Part shown: piece after piece, positions 59,171 to 64,000 of the stretch
How positions within the stretch are numbered: the first letter of the stretch is position 1
Layout: each line of letters begins with the position of its first letter
From: the human T2T-CHM13v2.0 reference genome, Homo sapiens
Assembly: GCF_009914755.1 (NCBI RefSeq)
Contig: NC_060938.1
DNA length: 64,000 nt
Strand: one strand, 5' to 3'
Translations under genes and position numbers: made by a program
Notes under the pieces: generated by a model
Database searches by the model: none
The model's input: the letters and a program-made list of their open reading frames with translations, nothing else
What the model was told of the DNA's origin: nothing

Positions 59171-61057
59171 AGGACCTGATAGTACAAGGCTCAGGCTACT
59201 TTCCTTATACTATCCTGTCCTTAGTGAATTGGGGGCCAGGTCTAGGAGCTTCTCATGAAGTAATTAAAAGCCGTGTGTCAGTGACATCCTGATGAATATT
59301 GCCTGCTCAGACTGGTTAGTGCCTACTATTCTTTTAGCCTCAGGAAGGGCGACCCACCAGGTTTGCCTTCTGATTGTTGCCCAACTAATGGTACTGACCC
59401 CAACATCTGTGAATATGAAAAACTTGATGAAAAAAGTGTTATAAAAGAACTACTTTTCAAGCCCTCAAGCCATCTCATCACTCCATTATTTCCCTTTAGC
59501 TACCTTCATTTCTGTTCCAGCTTCCTCTGAAAGTGGGAATTTAATCTGCTTACTTTTACACAACTGCCTTGTAAGTTAAAATCACTTGCATTAAGTCATT
59601 TCAAGTCTCCTTAATTTCCTATGAGAATAAGTATGACTTTTTCAATTTTGGTGAGTAATATGAGACGTAGCTTACAGCCAGTAAATTCTACAGCAATATT
59701 CGTATCTCCTCTGATTTATATTTTAGTTTTTTAATAATACACTCTAGCAAACTATGTGACACTTTCATTACTGTCTACATGCTTGGGGTTAAAGATGAAG
59801 CTAGCATGCTATAAAATGCCTTTTAAAAAGGCAGAGTGTGTATACTTTGATTCCCAATTTTATGTTTATCTTCAAAAATATTATGAATAGATTTCAGAAT
59901 GTTTGAACAATAATCTTTCCCCCTCCTGACAATAAGAATATGTATGTAAACTAAATAACTGTGTTGCAAGATAAATATTAATGATACATGAAAAAAACTG
60001 AATTATTTAAACGTTTTTGCAGCAATTTTACCAACTCTGTGATCCTCTGAGTAGAATTATCTTCACACGACCTTTCTGTTAAGGGGTGTGTGTGTTGGGG
60101 GCTGCATATGTGTGTATGTATAAATAAAGACATAATTTTTTCCTCTATAAAATATATATTTTATTTGGATATAGAGATTCCCCATTGTGCTATGGGAAAT
60201 TTTTCTCTTTTACATAGTTAAAACAGAGCTTCTCATATTTCCTAGGGCCTTTGTGAGGGGGTATGTCTTTCAATCTTGGCTCATAGATTTTAGTTCTACT
60301 CCCTATTCCATAGAATTGTGAATTCCTAGAGGGAAAGCACATCCTCTATAGTAAATAAATGGAACTCACAGTCTATCATCTTTAAAAGATTGAACTACGG
60401 TTGGAAAGAAAAAACTTAGAGCCAGATATAAATGGCTAGGATTGAGAGTGTGTGTTGTTAAATAGTAAATTATATACTGAATTTTTAAGGAAGGAGTTAC
60501 AGAAACTTAAAAGCCAGAGAGGAAATGCCATCAGGAATGAATGGAACAACTTGCTGGGAAACGTGGGCAAAATTGAATTTTTTAAATTGCTATTTGATTG
60601 ATTCTATTTTCAGTTTTTATTCATACTTTTGCTGGTATAGACATAATTTTCAAATGGGTTTAATTTTTTATATATTTTATAACCCACTATTATATTCAGC
60701 ATCAAAATTCTCCAGTGGCATCTTTTTATATCAAGGGAAAAGTGTTTTGAATGATATTATTGTGATTACTGATTGACAGTTAAGCATCTGAAGTTACCAT
60801 GTTTCTACTGCCAAAACGTGTCACCTCTTCATTTGGGCCTTATGTTGATTATTCTGGAAATATTTTCATTTGCAAGGTAGATTTCCCACCTTGTTATATG
60901 CTTTTTTGGGGCTATTTATATGACAAAGTTTCTAGTAATCTGACAGGAAGAGCCAGGGTTTGAAGCATATATCAGAGTATGGGCCTAGATGAGAATTTAA
61001 CATGCATCTAAAAGTCTTTCTCCCCTATCTCTCATGGTCTCAAAGCTTAGAAATATT

Positions 61058-61081
61058 TGTGTGTGTGTGTGTGTGTGTGTG
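61058..61081. repeat. (TG)n microsatellite
   Basis: Read directly from the sequence. Confidence 0.95.
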
Positions 61082-61445
61082 ATTTGTTGGTTTTAAATAA
61101 AGTGAATAGGTTTTCTTCAATCTAGTAATTATTTAGGGATTTTACTCTTAGGTTTTTAGAACCCTAGTGAAATAGATTAGCTCATACAATTTTGCCTTAG
61201 GAATTACATGTCAGAAATTCCAAATTCTCCTTCTTTCTCTTAACAATTGTGTCTTTACCTTACTTTTGTGTTATCAGCATACTTGTTTTATTCAAAAGAT
61301 ACTTTGAAGGGAGGGATTCTTTTTGTGATAATATTAATCTTATCCTGAGAAACAACGGTCTTTTTTCAAATTGAATGGTTTATTTGAAGTTTGACTGTCA
61401 AAATAATGCTTAAATATCCCCTTGGCTGGCTATTTACAGAGAGTT

Positions 61446-61567
61446 CTACCTACTGATAGGAGGTACAGAAGATCCAACTTTACCTACCTACTGATAGGAG
61501 GTACAGATAGGAGGTACTGATAGGAGGTACCTACCTACCTACTGATAGGAGGTACAGAAGATCCAAC
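61446..61567. repeat. Complex local repeat: 33 bp direct repeats flanking shuffled sub-copies
   Basis: ctacctactgataggaggtacagaagatccaac at 61446-61478 and 61535-61567. gataggaggtac occurs 5 times. Confidence 0.93.
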
Positions 61568-61677
61568 AAATTATATTTGTTTAGAATATAATTACTAGTG
61601 TGTTCTACTGTTGTGACCATGCTAGTAATGGGATAAATGACATAGTAGAAAGATCTGGACTAACCCTAGTGGCATGT

Positions 61678-62440
61678 TGTCATGGTTAATTTTACATGTC
61701 AACTTGACTGGATCATGAATTACCCAGACATTAGACTAAACATTATTTTTGGGTGTGCATGAGAGGGTGTCTCTGGATGGGATTAGCTGTTTTTTTTTTT
61801 TTTTTTTTTTTGCTTTTTTTTTCGTTTTGAGACAGGGTCTCACTCTGTCACTCAGGCTCCAGGCTGGATTGCAGTAGTGCAATCTCAGTTCACTGCAACC
61901 TCCACTTCCTGGGTGGGCTTAAACAATCCCCCAACCTCAGCCTCCCAAGTAGCTGGGACTGCAGGTGCACACCACCACGCCCGACAGGTGCATTTTCTGT
62001 AGAGACAGGGTTCGCCATGTTGCCCAAGTTGATCTTGAACTCCTGGACTCAAGCAATTCACCCACGTTGACTGCTGACAGTGCTGGGATTACAGGTGTGA
62101 GCCACCATGCCTGGTAGGGATTAGCATTTTAATTGGTAGCCTGAGTAAAGCAGATCACTCTCTCCAGTGTGGGTGGGTATCTAGTCTGTTGAAGGCCTGA
62201 ATAGAAGAAAAGGCGGAAGGTGAGAGAATCCACCCCTTTGGCTTGAATGCTTGAGTTGGACATGGGTCTTTTGCCCTCAGACGGAGACATCCTTGGCTCC
62301 CCTGGTTGTCAGGCTTGAACTGGTTTGCAACACAGGCGTTCCTGGGTCTCCAGCTTGCAGATGGCACATCATGGAACTTCTCAGCCTCCACAATTGCATG
62401 AGCTAATTCCTGATAATAAACCTCATTCTGGATAAATATG
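61678..62440 (+). mobile_element. MLT2 (ERVL) LTR, split by AluJ
   Basis: tgtcatggttaatttttacatgtcaacttgactgg-like start and cagcttgcagatggcacatcatggaacttctcagcctcc. Confidence 0.85.
61788..62115 (-). mobile_element. AluJ
   Basis: Diverged dimer. TSD gggattagc. Confidence 0.9.
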
Positions 62441-62444
62441 TGTA

Positions 62445-63151
62445 TAATCATGTGCTACCTTATGACATTTCAGCCCATGATTGACTGCATATATGGTAGT
62501 AGTCCTCTATTATTCTGTTTTTGCACTTCTATAAAGAAATACTTGAGACGGGGTAATTTATAAAAGAAAAATTTAATTGACTCATAGTTCTGCATGGCTG
62601 GGGAAGCCTCAGGAAACTTACAATCATGGTGGAAGGTGAAGGGGAAGCAAGGACCTTCTTCACCAGGCCGCAAGAGAGACAAGAAGCAAGAGCAGGGAAA
62701 ACTGCCTTAGAAAACCATCACACCTAGTGAGAACTCACTCACTATCATGAGAACAGCATGGGGGAAACTGTGCCCATGATCCAATCACCTCCCACCTGGC
62801 CCCTCCCTCCACACATGGGGATTATGGGGATTGAAAACCTAGATGAGATTTGGGTGGGGACACAGAGCCAAACCACATCAGGTCCCATAAGAGTACAATA
62901 CTGTATTTTTACTGTACCTTTTCTATGTTTAGGTATTTTTAGATACATGAATATTTACCATTTTTCTACAGTCGCCTACAGTATTCAATATAGTAATATG
63001 CTGTGTTGGTTTGCAGCTTAGGAGCGAAGGATACACCATATACCATCTAGGTTTGCATAAATATTCTGTATGATAGCACAATGACAATATCACCTAACAA
63101 CACATTTCCCAAAACATTTCCCTTTCCCTGTGCTTAAGCAATGCATAGCTC
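62445..63151 (+). mobile_element. Short Tigger3a-like element, split by a THE1/MST LTR
   Basis: Homologous to both ends of the element at 36429-38212 and flanked by TA. Confidence 0.75.
62506..62880 (-). mobile_element. MaLR solo LTR (THE1D/MSTA-like)
   Basis: ...gggacacagagccaaaccacatca with near-TSD (a/g)gtcc. Confidence 0.88.
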
Positions 63152-63179
63152 TATATATTTGCATATCTATGCATGTATG

Positions 63180-63325
63180 TCAGTTAACTGTGTTGAGCCT
63201 CAGTTTCTTCATGAGGAGAACTGGTGATAATGATAACTTCCTAACAATGTTTTTTATGTTAAGAAGTAATGTACGTAAAGATCCTAATTAAGTACTTTGA
63301 GTACTACTGAAACTCACTAAGGAGT
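63180..63325 (+). mobile_element. MIR fragment
   Basis: ttgagcctcagtttcttcat core. Confidence 0.65.
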
Positions 63326-64000
63326 ATCTCTTAATATCAAACCAGAAAAATGCCGTAAATGGCTTCATGACTCTGTAACCCTCAAAGGTCAATATTATCA
63401 TCAAGGATAATTAGAAGAGAAATAGTAGTGACTGGAGAATAGGTAAGAGGTTAAGTGGTTGGCAAAGGAAAAATAGATTTTTATTAATGCAACTATGAGA
63501 AGTTCACACACATTTGACAGTAAGTATGCTGAGGCCTTGGTCATAGTCTTTCTGTTTTTCTTAAAGAGTAGGGAGAAGGAGAGCAGATCAACCTAGGTTT
63601 TCTTTTTCTTTTTTTTTGTCTTCCCTGACATAAATTTATCATTATTGGACTCAAGTGATTTAAAAACTACATCTGTATTTTTCCTTGATTTCATTAGGCT
63701 TTTATGTCATGGTTGGCATTATGGACATAATTTCAGGAGTTGGGAATCCTCGGGGTAATAAGATTTTTAGAGTCAGATTTTTTTCTCAAAATGAAAGATT
63801 CACTTAAATGACTGAAAGCTCAACTTTTCAATATGAGGTGTAAATATCTATTCAGTCTTCACTTTATCCACATGTACTATGTAGCCCTTCCCTTCCTCAA
63901 TCACTAGCAAGAAATCCTCTGCTATACAGAATTTGCTCAGTTCTAGGAAATGTTCCAGTCTCTCTCTTTGCTTTGCCCACAAATTCTGCCCTTTTTTTCC

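Noticed and set aside
61446-61567. CRISPR-like repeat appearance
   Set aside because: No unique spacers or regular period, a eukaryotic context and no cas genes.

Overview
AT-rich, repeat-dense primate (human-like) non-coding DNA, either intergenic or deep intronic. I find no supportable protein-coding exon, RNA gene, CpG island or CRISPR-like array, and the supplied ORFs I can place fall in Alu, LTR, LINE, transposon or microsatellite sequence or look like chance ORFs. The window is a layered transposable-element record: about 15 Alu/FRAM copies, Tigger and MER DNA transposons, MaLR, ERV1 and ERVK LTRs, L1, L2 and MIR, often nested, many with intact target-site duplications (TSDs). I see no new multi-gene system. 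The strongest unexplained structures are footprints of local rearrangement. (1) A ~250 bp segment at 42237-42491 is an inverted copy of 56718-56980, 14 kb away, and it fills a deletion inside an MST retroelement with a GATC microhomology at one junction. (2) A perfect 196 bp tandem duplication lies inside an LTR8-type LTR (41449-41840). (3) A complex serial-slippage insertion sits at 61446-61567. (4) There are several smaller hairpin or template-switch signatures. Subfamily names come from my recollection of consensus sequences and need Dfam/RepeatMasker confirmation.
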